Under the pieces are notes generated by a model. The model saw only the letters and a program-made list of their open reading frames with translations, was not told the DNA's origin and did not search any database. A stretch of DNA of 64,000 nucleotides from a virus (lineage: Duplodnaviria > Caudoviricetes): IMG/VR virus record IMGVR_UViG_3300046513_000235, positions 994 through 64,993 of that record. The stretch is one strand, 5' to 3'. The position numbers and the translations under genes are program-made. Positions 29,142 through 38,563 of the stretch are shown here, in pieces. Position 1 is the first letter of the stretch; each line of letters opens with the position of its first letter.

Positions 29142-30599
29142 TCACAGCGACCAGCCACTATGGCCGGAATCTAAACTTGATGCATAACCAAAGTCAGAAG
29201 CATCAAGTGCATTATCCTGCCAATAGGAACCAGCGGAATCTGCAGAAGACACATCTTCAGGTGCAAAGGTAACAGGAGTAACACCTAAAGAATTGAAAGC
29301 CCCGGAAAGACCATCGACTAAGTCATCATGTCCTGTTCCTGGAAATGCTTCCAGCTCAGCGATTAACTTATCCTTGTTCCGACAACCTTTGACAATCTTG
29401 ATTTGGCGTCTTTCTGCGGCGGCCGAAGCAGGTGTAGCTCGATCAAGCTTACTACCCGTACTCCGCACACCCTCATAGGCATAGCCTACAAAGATTTCTT
29501 TCTTCTTGTGCTCAATAGCGTACTTGCCTGAACTCCCGCCTTCTTCCTCTTCCCGTATCTTGACCATGGTGCCATCAGATACAGCAAGGGTCTTCTGCAG
29601 GTTCGCCACGTTCATGGCGCTCTTCTGCACATGCTCGATATCCCAGATGTAATAAATACCCTGTTTCTCGGACATCTTAAGACCAACAGTCCAGTCAGGA
29701 CTTCTGCCTTTACGCTTCTGCACAGGATCTACTTCTGTAGCTGCACAGTCCCAATAACGCAACATCCTACCGGGAATAGCCGGTGCTTCTACTTCTTCGA
29801 ACCATTCTTCCTTAAACATATTACCTTTACGTACGAGCGTCCAAATACCGTCACGTAGACGAGCACGAGTAACCGGATCCAACTCTTCCAGGTTATCCAC
29901 ATAGGACTCTTTGTCCAGGAATGGATTGTCATCCATACCGGCTGGAATAAAGACCACGTGCTTCTTCTTTGTTTCTGGGTTAACGAAACGATCGTATACC
30001 CATTCTGCGTCATCCCCATCATCTGGTGGGTTAGATGCCGCTCTTACGCGTAAAGGAATATGCATTGCTGTCTTAAGTCTCCGTAAACGGGAGAACATAT
30101 AAGTATAGCAACCTTGGAGTATATGTGTTACTTCATCGAAGCCAATGAACTGGTATTCACCCCCCTGATAATTCAGGCGGTCTTTATAAGTCTCCATGAA
30201 ACCAAACTGTACGGTTGCACCGGAAGGGAAGACCAGCTTCTTTTCCTTGTCAACCCACTTAATGGTTTTATTAGCAATCCATGGGGCCAACCAAGTTAAG
30301 GCACGGTCGATCAACGCCCCCGGTTTAACCAAGTCAGCATAAGACTTACGAAAAATAATTGCACTGTAACCCGGAACATCAACGTGCTGTAAAGCGCACA
30401 TGAGTAAGGCATCGGATTTACCACCACCAGCAGCACCCCCATAGAAACCTTCTTTTCCCTCCAGGAGCATAAACGCGGCTTGCTTGGGATATGGTCTGTG
30501 CACAATATATTCGGTCATCTTAGGAGTTAATAGCAATGCAAGCTTCTCTTGCTCACTCCGGGGCATCGACATGATATCCAATTGACCTAAAGAAGTCAT
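29142..30599 (-). CDS. terL: Terminase large subunit
   Basis: YGGAAGGGKS, Walker B IGFDE, ASNP, YWDCA, HDDLVD. Confidence 0.95.
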   Translation of the reverse strand: MTSLGQLDIMSMPRSEQEKLALLLTPKMTEYIVHRPYPKQAAFMLLEGKEGFYGGAAGGGKSDALLMCALQHVDVPGYSAIIFRKSYADLVKPGALIDRALTWLAPWIANKTIKWVDKEKKLVFPSGATVQFGFMETYKDRLNYQGGEYQFIGFDEVTHILQGCYTYMFSRLRRLKTAMHIPLRVRAASNPPDDGDDAEWVYDRFVNPETKKKHVVFIPAGMDDNPFLDKESYVDNLEELDPVTRARLRDGIWTLVRKGNMFKEEWFEEVEAPAIPGRMLRYWDCAATEVDPVQKRKGRSPDWTVGLKMSEKQGIYYIWDIEHVQKSAMNVANLQKTLAVSDGTMVKIREEEEGGSSGKYAIEHKKKEIFVGYAYEGVRSTGSKLDRATPASAAAERRQIKIVKGCRNKDKLIAELEAFPGTGHDDLVDGLSGAFNSLGVTPVTFAPEDVSSADSAGSYWQDNALDASDFGYASSLDSGHSGWSL

Positions 30600-30612
30600 T
30601 ACTATCACCTCC

Positions 30613-32019
30613 CTATTGTACTGAATCCGCTGCTCCAATGTTATCCCTAACAATGACGTCGGTGGAATCACTCGATATAGAAAAACCAGCTTGTAAGTTA
30701 TCCTCCAAGAGGTTTCCTATAAGCTGCATCTTCTGGCAACTGTACACTTCTACGGCATAACCTTGTGTAGGACTGAAATCTGTGCAAGTTATCATATTAT
30801 CCTTAATAAAGCCTGCACGATTATATCCAACAGTTATGCCCGCCGAATAATTAAATAAACGGCCATTAAGATGAATGTTATTACCTGTAATCCAATACTG
30901 CCTCCCTCCAATATAACGGATTCCCATTTTGCCATTATTTCTAATGTGGTTGTCCTTTATAAAGGTACGGCAGGTGTTATTGACCAGTTCCAAGCCATGC
31001 CCATCGTTGCCCAATATTTGATTGTGCGTAATGTCCAAGTTGCCGGAACCAATGTCAGTTGTATTGGTGATGTAAATACCATCATCACCATTGAACTCTA
31101 CGTTGTTGTGGTGTATATTCACATCCGCTACGGAATCAACGTAAATACCATAACGTTTATTGGACTGCAAGAAGCAGCTATCCACATGTACTTCATCACA
31201 ACCCCTAAACAGTGGAGGTATTTCCTCATTGTCATAATAACCAAGCAAGTGTACGGCATCGCCATTACACTCGGTTATTCTGCAATGATGAACCCAGCTG
31301 AAGTAGGTAGCCCTCAGAACTAAGCCATGGGTAAGATCCTCACCCGCTATCTTAGTTCCGACTAAAGAAAGACCGCTGATCTCACTGTACGGGCATCTGT
31401 CTAATGTGAAGAAATCCACTTCTTCTTCTCCAATTAAACGTAGTGTTGCACTATGGCCGACAATCTTTAATCCGGGCTTGTCCATGATAGCTATTGGTCT
31501 GGTTCTATATACCCCCGGTGGGAAGTAAATAGTGGAGTACGACGTAGCTGCATCCAGGCAAGCTTTTATTGCCTCGGTGTCATCTGCTACGTCATCTCCC
31601 AAAGCGCCGTAATTAACTACCACATAACGGCCAACAGCACCAGCCAGCAATAAGCTGAAAGGGCTATTAGGAGGTTCCTCGATTGGACTATCTGTCCCCG
31701 TAAGATCCGCTTGTACACTGAATGTATAGTAATCTTTAGAAGGAAACGTCTCAATATACGTTTCCTCAAAAAATAGCTTGAATTCATAACGGTAAATGCC
31801 CAGCTCATTAGTTTCTCCTGATGCTAACCGGTAACCCACAATGCCCTGTGCGGCATCTAATACAATTGCTTCACGTTCAGCATGGAATAACTTGTTGCCG
31901 GAGTAAATAGTACATTTGATAGTGTATATACTAAGATCAATAGGTACACCGCCTTGCTGGAGTACCTGCTGAAGCAAAATACCCTTGTCGTACTGTTTAA
32001 TATTCTGCAAGAGAGCCAC
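30613..32019 (-). CDS. BppU-like N-terminus plus right-handed beta-helix (pectate-lyase-fold) protein
   Basis: YGALGDDVADDTEAI..IYFPPGVY, repeated I..N.I..N...GI. Confidence 0.8.
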   Translation of the reverse strand: MALLQNIKQYDKGILLQQVLQQGGVPIDLSIYTIKCTIYSGNKLFHAEREAIVLDAAQGIVGYRLASGETNELGIYRYEFKLFFEETYIETFPSKDYYTFSVQADLTGTDSPIEEPPNSPFSLLLAGAVGRYVVVNYGALGDDVADDTEAIKACLDAATSYSTIYFPPGVYRTRPIAIMDKPGLKIVGHSATLRLIGEEEVDFFTLDRCPYSEISGLSLVGTKIAGEDLTHGLVLRATYFSWVHHCRITECNGDAVHLLGYYDNEEIPPLFRGCDEVHVDSCFLQSNKRYGIYVDSVADVNIHHNNVEFNGDDGIYITNTTDIGSGNLDITHNQILGNDGHGLELVNNTCRTFIKDNHIRNNGKMGIRYIGGRQYWITGNNIHLNGRLFNYSAGITVGYNRAGFIKDNMITCTDFSPTQGYAVEVYSCQKMQLIGNLLEDNLQAGFSISSDSTDVIVRDNIGAADSVQ

Positions 32020-32044
32020 TCCTTTCTATGTACCTTTACGCCAT

Positions 32045-32080
32045 AAAAAAGCCAAGGAAGACTGGCGTATCTTCCTTGGT
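32045..32080 (-). terminator. Intrinsic terminator after terS
   Basis: CCAAGGAAGA/TCTTCCTTGG stem with T6 on the - strand. Confidence 0.7.
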
Positions 32081-32119
32081 CAACGGGAGGAGAACTACTG
32101 AGATGCAAATCAGGTGCTT

Positions 32120-32998
32120 TTATTTAGGATCGTCTTCGACGACCTCGTAATCGGCGTCTACTACGGTTGTCCTAGCAAAAGCACCGGATTTGTCAAGTAT
32201 GTGTAAAATTGATTGTAGATGGGAAACATCCTGTTCGGTGTTTACCGCAAGAGGTGCGTCAGAACCACTAGAGGATTCTCCACTCATAGTGGTCTGATTA
32301 ATACTTATATTGGTACCTCCAGCATCCGTTCCAGGCTTATCAGCCTGTAAACCAACAGCCAAACGACCCATCTTGGCGGCTACTTGAAGCATTTGGATAG
32401 CCGTCTTAGGACTTAACTGAGCTTCATGTTCCTCGAGGTAAGTCATACTCATTTCCAAAAGCCTGTCTGCTGTCTTAGCATGGGTGCTTTCCAACTTCTC
32501 GATGGCAACCTCCCGCATACGAGCAGCTTGTAGCTTCTTGTGGAAATCATAGGCCTTACAACGCAAAGGCCAATGATAAGCACGTGAAAGCATGGTCAAG
32601 TTACGCAAAGGTACACCCGATAATGTAGCAACTCTGGTGACTGCCCGGGTGCCTTCTAAATACAAGGCTTCCCTATATGTTTTAAATAGATTATAATATC
32701 CTACAGGTTCACCATCTAATCTTTCCCAGATAGGAACACCATCAATTAATGGCATAGCCTCTTCAATTACAATATCCCATGTAGCCTGCTTCACTACACT
32801 CGAAGGAACATCATCAGTAGACTCATAAGAAGGCAAATCACCGATCAACACGCTGGGATCGATAAGCTGCAATGGTATTCCATGGGTATTAGATGGCAAA
32901 TTAACTTGAAAATACTGCACTAGATTTCCAAGTTTACGATATACTTCAACAGCTCCTTCATCGAAGGTAACAGCCAAATCTGTGCTCAAGTTATTCAC
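32120..32998 (-). CDS. Probable terminase small subunit
   Basis: PIWERLDGE, W..RCKAYD, helical C-terminus; first gene of the packaging region. Confidence 0.6.
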   Translation of the reverse strand: MNNLSTDLAVTFDEGAVEVYRKLGNLVQYFQVNLPSNTHGIPLQLIDPSVLIGDLPSYESTDDVPSSVVKQATWDIVIEEAMPLIDGVPIWERLDGEPVGYYNLFKTYREALYLEGTRAVTRVATLSGVPLRNLTMLSRAYHWPLRCKAYDFHKKLQAARMREVAIEKLESTHAKTADRLLEMSMTYLEEHEAQLSPKTAIQMLQVAAKMGRLAVGLQADKPGTDAGGTNISINQTTMSGESSSGSDAPLAVNTEQDVSHLQSILHILDKSGAFARTTVVDADYEVVEDDPK

Positions 32999-33098
32999 CT
33001 ACCCTATTAAATGATTTTCAGAGGGGGCCGCGATATCCGATGTTTGGATCCCTGGCACACGCGTGAGGGCTTAATTGGTGGGCGGTACAACCCCTCCT

Positions 33099-33136
33099 TA
33101 TATTAATATAATATAAGAGTGCGGAAGCAATTGCAC
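33099..33136 (-). promoter_or_regulatory. Phage-motif promoter upstream of terS
   Basis: GTGCAATTG-N13-ATATTATATTAATATA. Confidence 0.65.
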
Positions 33137-33331
33137 ATGGGAGAGACAGGAAATTTCAATATATTTTAGGCGCGACTGAAACCGACCGAACATCTTCCAT
33201 GATAAACCCTTCATATTAGTAGTCTCATTATACGTCTTCTTGTTGTTTGGGTGTTTCGCAAGGCGGAGTGGGCCTATCAATCTAGTAAGCTAGCCCATTT
33301 CGATATTTTTAAAAATAGTTTTTGATTTTTG

Positions 33332-33361
33332 GTATAAATTTTAGCATTTAGGGTAATAATA
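33332..33361 (+). promoter_or_regulatory. Sigma-F/G-type (forespore) promoter
   Basis: GTATA-N15-GGTAATAATA upstream of the SASP-like gene. Confidence 0.6.
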
Positions 33362-33403
33362 ATAAAGTAAGACAAATCAAACTCAAAGGAGTTGTTAGGC
33401 TAG

Positions 33404-33802
33404 ATGCCAAGACGTGGAGGTAGACATTATGTACTGGTTAAAGGTGCTGAACGTGCTATGGAGGCTTTTAAGATCGAAATTGCCAAAGACTTGGGTTTAT
33501 TTCACAAAATCACGGAGGACGGCTCCTATAAAGGCCTTACGACGCTCGAAGTAGGGCAAATAGGCGGCGAAATGGTACGGAGAATGCAGGCTGCTGGCGA
33601 ATTTGCGATCAAGGCACGCTTTGATATGGGTGAGCAGCGACTGATGCCCCCAGAAATTATGCCAGACCCAAAAGCGGTACGCGAAGTAACGAACAATGGA
33701 AACCCTACATTACATGTAACAGGTGACGTACACGATGCTCCTGCTAGTGGACAGCAGTTCGCCAAGAAGGACGGCAAGAACGACCAACCATCAATCCACT
33801 GA
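33404..33802 (+). CDS. Alpha/beta-type small acid-soluble spore protein homolog with C-terminal extension
   Basis: FKIEIAKDLGL..LTTLEVGQIGGEMVRRM. Confidence 0.8.
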   Translation: MPRRGGRHYVLVKGAERAMEAFKIEIAKDLGLFHKITEDGSYKGLTTLEVGQIGGEMVRRMQAAGEFAIKARFDMGEQRLMPPEIMPDPKAVREVTNNGNPTLHVTGDVHDAPASGQQFAKKDGKNDQPSIH

Positions 33803-33981
33803 TCGTACCAGGGTGGTGTGCTTGGCTGCGAAGCTAGGCTGTCGCGACATTCTGGGCATGTTGCCTATAAGAACGGTGTGCGGACTCCGCTATGACATAG
33901 GCATATTGCCTTTAGGTAGGGAACTCTCCTGCCGCGATGCTTAAAGTATGTTGCTCCATCTATTTGATAGACTGTAGGGTT

Positions 33982-34164
33982 CTAGGTACCTAGGTATAGA
34001 ACCCTACAGTCTTTCTTTTGGCAGTTTCCGGGATAACAGAATTTGGCAAAACAGTGTGTAGAGCTGGCGAGCACCCTACGGCCCCCGTGTTTCGTACAGG
34101 ACCCGGCTCCTGCTTTATTCCGGGATACGAACGTACGTTCAAAATGGGAGTAACGATTGTACAT
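33982..34164 (-). CDS. Small Cys-containing hypothetical protein
   Basis: AGGGAG RBS; short ORF. Confidence 0.4.
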   Translation of the reverse strand: MYNRYSHFERTFVSRNKAGAGSCTKHGGRRVLASSTHCFAKFCYPGNCQKKDCRVLYLGT

Positions 34165-34190
34165 GTCGTTACTCCCTAATTGACAGTCAC

Positions 34191-34499
34191 TTACGCAATC
34201 CTATCAGCGAACACTTTGCGGAATTCTTTCATAAAGTTCGCAACGGTATATTGGTGATAGAACTTCGTAAGGAACGCTGCGACACCTTCTATGTCTTCTT
34301 TCCTAATGCGGGTCAGGCCTGCCAGGTAGAAGAAGACGAACATCTGTGGCGTGGGGTCGTCAGCTTCTTCACACTTGCTAATGAAATCCGCATAGGCTAT
34401 CTTCAACACCTTGTCATAAGGTCTGTTGTCAACCACCATAGCACATGCCACATTGATTACGTCCCTTGCTTTCAATAAGCTTACTGCCATATCAATCAT
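34191..34499 (-). CDS. Hypothetical early protein
   Basis: GAGGAG RBS and upstream sigma-A-like promoter. Confidence 0.65.
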   Translation of the reverse strand: MIDMAVSLLKARDVINVACAMVVDNRPYDKVLKIAYADFISKCEEADDPTPQMFVFFYLAGLTRIRKEDIEGVAAFLTKFYHQYTVANFMKEFRKVFADRIA

Positions 34500-34698
34500 C
34501 TCCTCTTCTTTATATATTTATTATACTACAGAATAAGGAATATGTCACGCTATGTTTCTCAGCTTACACTATGAAAGAGATGGATCACTCCACCTTGCCA
34601 AAGCAAGTACCTAACATTATGACCGTAGTGGCATCTATCCGTTACCGTAGGAAACCAATAACCCTACCAGTTACGGTAGGGTTTAATGTATTAACGGA

Positions 34699-34881
34699 TT
34701 AATCTTCCGAATCCAAATCGAATTCGTTGTCAATTGAAATGTTTTCAAATCCATTCATCAATTCAAATTCGGATATCCCCAACACATCACACGTTACGTT
34801 CAAAATGTCATTGTCATCAATACATTGGGTATAAATGGATTTAACACAATATTCCAATAATTTTTGTTGAACCGTTTTCAT
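34699..34881 (-). CDS. Small acidic early protein
   Basis: Directly downstream of a consensus sigma-A promoter; followed by hairpin AACCCTACC/GGTAGGGTT. Confidence 0.6.
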   Translation of the reverse strand: MKTVQQKLLEYCVKSIYTQCIDDNDILNVTCDVLGISEFELMNGFENISIDNEFDLDSED

Positions 34882-34912
34882 ATCAATCAATCCCTTCATC
34901 TTTTATATATTT

Positions 34913-34941
34913 ATTATAACCTATTTCTTGTAAGTTGTCAA
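34913..34941 (-). promoter_or_regulatory. Consensus sigma-A promoter
   Basis: TTGACA-N17-TATAAT. Confidence 0.85.
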
Positions 34942-35013
34942 CAGTTATTTTCAAGATGTAGGACTCCAGTGTGTCGTCGATTACCGTGGTAATAGTGGAC
35001 ACTAGGTAGGGAA

Positions 35014-35050
35014 CAAAAAGATAGGAGCGATTGTACATTTCGCTCCTATC
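35014..35050 (-). terminator. Intrinsic terminator
   Basis: ATAGGAGCGA/TCGCTCCTAT stem then CTTTT on the - strand. Confidence 0.65.
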
Positions 35051-35059
35051 GTTTCGAAC

Positions 35060-35467
35060 TTATTGTGCCTGTTGTTCGTCACTTTCCTTTTGTTCGGTGA
35101 CCACGTTTTGCAACTTGTACGTTTTTAATACGTTATGGACATAATTATAATTGGTGGACAATTCGATCGATATTTCCTTATTGGTCTTGCCGTTCAAATA
35201 CATCGCAATGATCAAATCCTTCTTCACGTTCTTTTCTTCAGCTACTAGTTCAATCTTATTCATGTTCACATAGTTCGATACGACGTTATATACGAAATTG
35301 TATCTAACATCCATTACTGTCGAAATTTCCTTGACTGTCATTCCGATATCAAACATATTTTTCATCTTTTCGGATTTACTGGACGTTTCGTTCGACGTGA
35401 TAGCGGCGATCATTTTGTCAGTTACTTTCTTTGCGTTTTCGATGTTCTTTTTCATAGTTAATTCCAC
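35060..35467 (-). CDS. Tandem HTH protein (paralog family)
   Basis: Two HTH-like units; closely similar to 37061..37522. Confidence 0.75.
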   Translation of the reverse strand: MELTMKKNIENAKKVTDKMIAAITSNETSSKSEKMKNMFDIGMTVKEISTVMDVRYNFVYNVVSNYVNMNKIELVAEEKNVKKDLIIAMYLNGKTNKEISIELSTNYNYVHNVLKTYKLQNVVTEQKESDEQQAQ

Positions 35468-35568
35468 CTTGTTATTATATTTAGAAAGTGTTTGTTACTT
35501 TCTATATATTTATTATAACTGATAACGCGACAAATATCACGCTGTTTCGCACTGTAAGTTTGGAAACA

Positions 35569-35758
35569 CTAGGACGCGGCTCGTTTAATCGGGGAAACCG
35601 TAACGCACTAAACATTCAGCGTTTCTTTGATTAACGTGTTAACCGTTTACCCGGCCGCCGACGCCACATTGGCCCGTCTCTGGACTCCGCTAAACCGGTA
35701 ACCGTTTCCTCCACGAAGCAGGGTGCGTCCTAGGGGAACGTGGGAACGGTTTCCCCGA
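35569..35758. repeat. Two interleaved inverted repeats (9 bp and 13 bp)
   Basis: CTAGGACGC 35569 / GCGTCCTAG 35725; TCGGGGAAACCGT 35589 / ACGGTTTCCCCGA 35746. Confidence 0.75.
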
Positions 35759-35774
35759 CGACTCGCCGAAGCCG

Positions 35775-35803
35775 TTGATATCTTAGATATTCTGTGATAT
35801 AAT
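35775..35803 (+). promoter_or_regulatory. Sigma-A promoter
   Basis: TTGATA-N17-TATAAT with TG extension. Confidence 0.75.
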
Positions 35804-35809
35804 TAAATT

Positions 35810-35950
35810 AAGAAGTAAGGAAGAGTTTCCAAGATTAACGAGATCCCCTTAGACCCGCTTACAAGGTTCCTCGCTACCCCTCCTGTTCAACAGGAAGCTC
35901 ACCGATTCCCCCGGGAAACGTTTAATGGAGTAATCCGTTATTCACTTCTT
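35810..35950 (+). ncRNA. Candidate structured ncRNA or long leader
   Basis: Starts right after the promoter, no RBS/ORF seen, ends complementary (AAGAAGT/ACTTCTT), internal hairpin TCCTGTT/AACAGGA. Confidence 0.35.
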
Positions 35951-36043
35951 CACCTAACTTGGCAACCACCAATACGCCCTATAAAACGTCAGCAATTGAC
36001 TTCTGACGGGGCGTGGTTGTAATAATCTAAGGGAGTGTTGAAG

Positions 36044-36253
36044 ATGGCAGTAACAGCAGCAAAGTTGTCGAAGTCGGAACAGATTAGGAGAATGTTTGAC
36101 GCGGGTATGTCGGTTGCGGAGATAGCCAATTCCATGCAAATTCGTTATCAGTTCGCGTACAACGTAATCTCCTACCACATCAAGACTAAGGGGGGTGTAT
36201 CAGATGCTCCTCGGACTGATTATGATAGCAGTATTCATCGGGATGTGTGTTAA
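36044..36253 (+). CDS. Single HTH protein (paralog family)
   Basis: SKSEQIRRMFDAGMSVAEIANSMQIRYQFAYNV. Confidence 0.7.
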   Translation: MAVTAAKLSKSEQIRRMFDAGMSVAEIANSMQIRYQFAYNVISYHIKTKGGVSDAPRTDYDSSIHRDVC

Positions 36254-36419
36254 CGAGCAAACCAAGAGGCACTGCCGCAAAGGGAATCACGTGTGGAAAC
36301 CTTATGGTCCACACAGAATGGAATGTAAGCATTGTCATGCGCTAACAGGTATTATTCCTCCTTCTCCTACCAACGTATACGAATATCCGACGACTGTGCG
36401 ACGTTACCGGCCTATGTAA
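36204..36419 (+). CDS. Small membrane-anchored Cys/His protein
   Basis: TM helix then C..G.H.W..C..C; resembles 45161..45355. Confidence 0.55.
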   Translation: MLLGLIMIAVFIGMCVNEQTKRHCRKGNHVWKPYGPHRMECKHCHALTGIIPPSPTNVYEYPTTVRRYRPM

Positions 36420-36430
36420 ACATTCCCGGG

Positions 36431-36456
36431 GAGGGTACCGCAAGGTACCCTCTTAT
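36431..36456 (+). terminator. Hairpin/terminator
   Basis: GAGGGTACC-GCAA-GGTACCCTC. Confidence 0.55.
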
Positions 36457-36471
36457 CTAAGGAGGATAACG

Positions 36472-36702
36472 ATGAAAAGATTGGTTAATTGGGTACTAGA
36501 TCGGCTGTTTCCCGTAGTAACACCTCCCATTATTCCACCGCGAACCCAGAAAGCACGAGGATTGAACATAACTTTCCATAATGTAGTAACTTACGTGCCG
36601 AAACGTGAGAATAAGCCATTAGCTACTGTAATTTCGATAGAAGACCGCCGAAAAGCGGAATTCCTCGTATGGAGGGAGAATAACGCCCTTTTATTCGCCT
36701 AG
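36472..36702 (+). CDS. Hypothetical protein
   Basis: AAGGAGG RBS. Confidence 0.6.
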   Translation: MKRLVNWVLDRLFPVVTPPIIPPRTQKARGLNITFHNVVTYVPKRENKPLATVISIEDRRKAEFLVWRENNALLFA

Positions 36703-36986
36703 GACGCTGGGTGTTTCATGGATTACCGTATTAATTTACTAAACACCGGGCGGTACGGATGGGTTATCCTATTCCACCACGAAGCCCAAGCATCCCAGGC
36801 CCATCTCCGCCGCCCAACATATGGCCTATTAAAACGCCTGCGATTGTCCTATGTACGCGCCCTATAAAACCCCTCACATCGACCCCACCACGCGGGGCCC
36901 AACACAGCCACCACTTGGAGTACTTATACCCACCCTATCTAGGCCATTAACGGAAGTTCCACGCGTAATTTATTTTCAAAATAACG

Positions 36987-37015
36987 TTGATATTAAGTTT
37001 GTTATGTAGTATAAT
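36987..37015 (+). promoter_or_regulatory. Sigma-A promoter
   Basis: TTGATA-N17-TATAAT. Confidence 0.75.
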
Positions 37016-37060
37016 ATAAATATAGAAGGAAGCAAACATTCCTTCAAATAAAAATCAAAG

Positions 37061-37522
37061 GTGGAATCCCAAATGCAAAGAGCGATGGAAATCAACGTAA
37101 AGACCCAACCAAAGGCAGCAGAGAAGGTGCTGGCAGACACAACTACCAGCAAGTCCCAGAAGATGAAGGACCTGTTCGACCTGGGTTTCGAAGTCAAGAC
37201 TATTTCAGAAACCATGGGTGTCCGTTACAACTTCGCCTACAACGTGATTTCCAACTATGTCAACATGAACAAGATCGAATTGGTACAGACGGAGAAGTCC
37301 GGCAAGAAGGAACAAATCATCTCCATGCACCAAGCGGGCAAGACCAACAAGGAGATCAGCATCGAGCTCTCTACCAATTACAACTACGTGTTCAACGTTT
37401 TGAAAACCTACAAAGCATCCCTGCCTAAGCTCGTCATCGACTTGACCAAGATCAACATCGATCCCGAAGTACACGCCGAAGACCCGGGACAGGGCGAAGT
37501 GGTGCAGGAGGAAGCTGAATAA
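37061..37522 (+). CDS. Tandem HTH protein (paralog family)
   Basis: VRYNFAYNVISNYVNMNKIELV..GKTNKEISIELSTNYNYV shared with 35060..35467. Confidence 0.75.
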   Translation: MESQMQRAMEINVKTQPKAAEKVLADTTTSKSQKMKDLFDLGFEVKTISETMGVRYNFAYNVISNYVNMNKIELVQTEKSGKKEQIISMHQAGKTNKEISIELSTNYNYVFNVLKTYKASLPKLVIDLTKINIDPEVHAEDPGQGEVVQEEAE

Positions 37523-37761
37523 TGAAGAAGTTGTTGGTACTGCTCCTCGGCCTCTCGGTTGCGGCTTACGCAATCGTACCCTACACCGTCACACAGGTTG
37601 GCGGTGAAGGGTATTCCCTCAAGACCAAAAGTGGTATCGTCCTGCACATCAACCAAACGGACGTACTCAACAACAAACGCCTAACAGAAGGCGAAAAAGT
37701 GTATGGAATATTTCTCCCCGCGGCCATGGATGAGTCCCACTTTGTAGGGGTTATAAACTAA
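37522..37761 (+). CDS. Small secreted protein
   Basis: MKKLLVLLLGLSVAAYA signal peptide. Confidence 0.6.
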   Translation: MKKLLVLLLGLSVAAYAIVPYTVTQVGGEGYSLKTKSGIVLHINQTDVLNNKRLTEGEKVYGIFLPAAMDESHFVGVIN

Positions 37762-38029
37762 CCCCTTCCCTTCGGGGTCTTAAGGCGGAAGGAGGTACTG
37801 CGCCCACCCCTGGTATCCATCGAATACCGACCAACCTCATAGATGCGTCCTCTTTAGCCCACTCCTAGGGCTCTTTTTATTCCCTCTTGCAGCCCACCGG
37901 CCAGGCCCAACTGGAACACCCAGCCGAAGCAACCTCGGCCCATCTCCACAGCCCTATAAAACGCACAAGAATACGCCCAACCTACCGGCAAGGCGCAACT
38001 TAAGGACTATTAAAACAAACTGGGTTGAC

Positions 38030-38563
38030 CTACTCGTGGATGCCCAACTCCAGCAACTCATTCTCAATCTCCCACTGTGACCACGTGAACGTTTGTAGGA
38101 AATCATAAGCGGCATCATAAGTACATCCACGCCCATCAACCGTAGCTTCTAGGTAAGCATGGGGACTCATCGACTCCAATATCTCCTCAGAACCCTCCTC
38201 ACCGAAACGATAATCCCTCATAAGTACCCCACAGAATACCCCATAATCCAACAACAGCTCTGCAGTCGACTGGTAGGCCTCCTCCTCTTCAACAGGTTCC
38301 TCCAACTGCTTTAACAAGGCCACCTTATACATCTCGAGTTCCACCAGAGCCCCTGCAAGAGTGGCAAGATATGGGATAGTTTCCTTGAGTGAATAGGATG
38401 TCCGCTCGAGAGTCCACTGGGGAGCATCGGCAGTCAATTCCCCTGATTCATACTCAAGGCATTCCCGGATCTTTTCCAAGATGTTATCCACCTGATGCAG
38501 ACCCCACTGCTCAATCACCATTCCCCATTTAGCCAATACGAACATTACGTTTTGCATTTCCAT
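38030..38563 (-). CDS. Acidic hypothetical early protein
   Basis: AAGGAGG RBS; TTGCCA-N17-TATAAT promoter upstream. Confidence 0.7.
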   Translation of the reverse strand: MEMQNVMFVLAKWGMVIEQWGLHQVDNILEKIRECLEYESGELTADAPQWTLERTSYSLKETIPYLATLAGALVELEMYKVALLKQLEEPVEEEEAYQSTAELLLDYGVFCGVLMRDYRFGEEGSEEILESMSPHAYLEATVDGRGCTYDAAYDFLQTFTWSQWEIENELLELGIHE

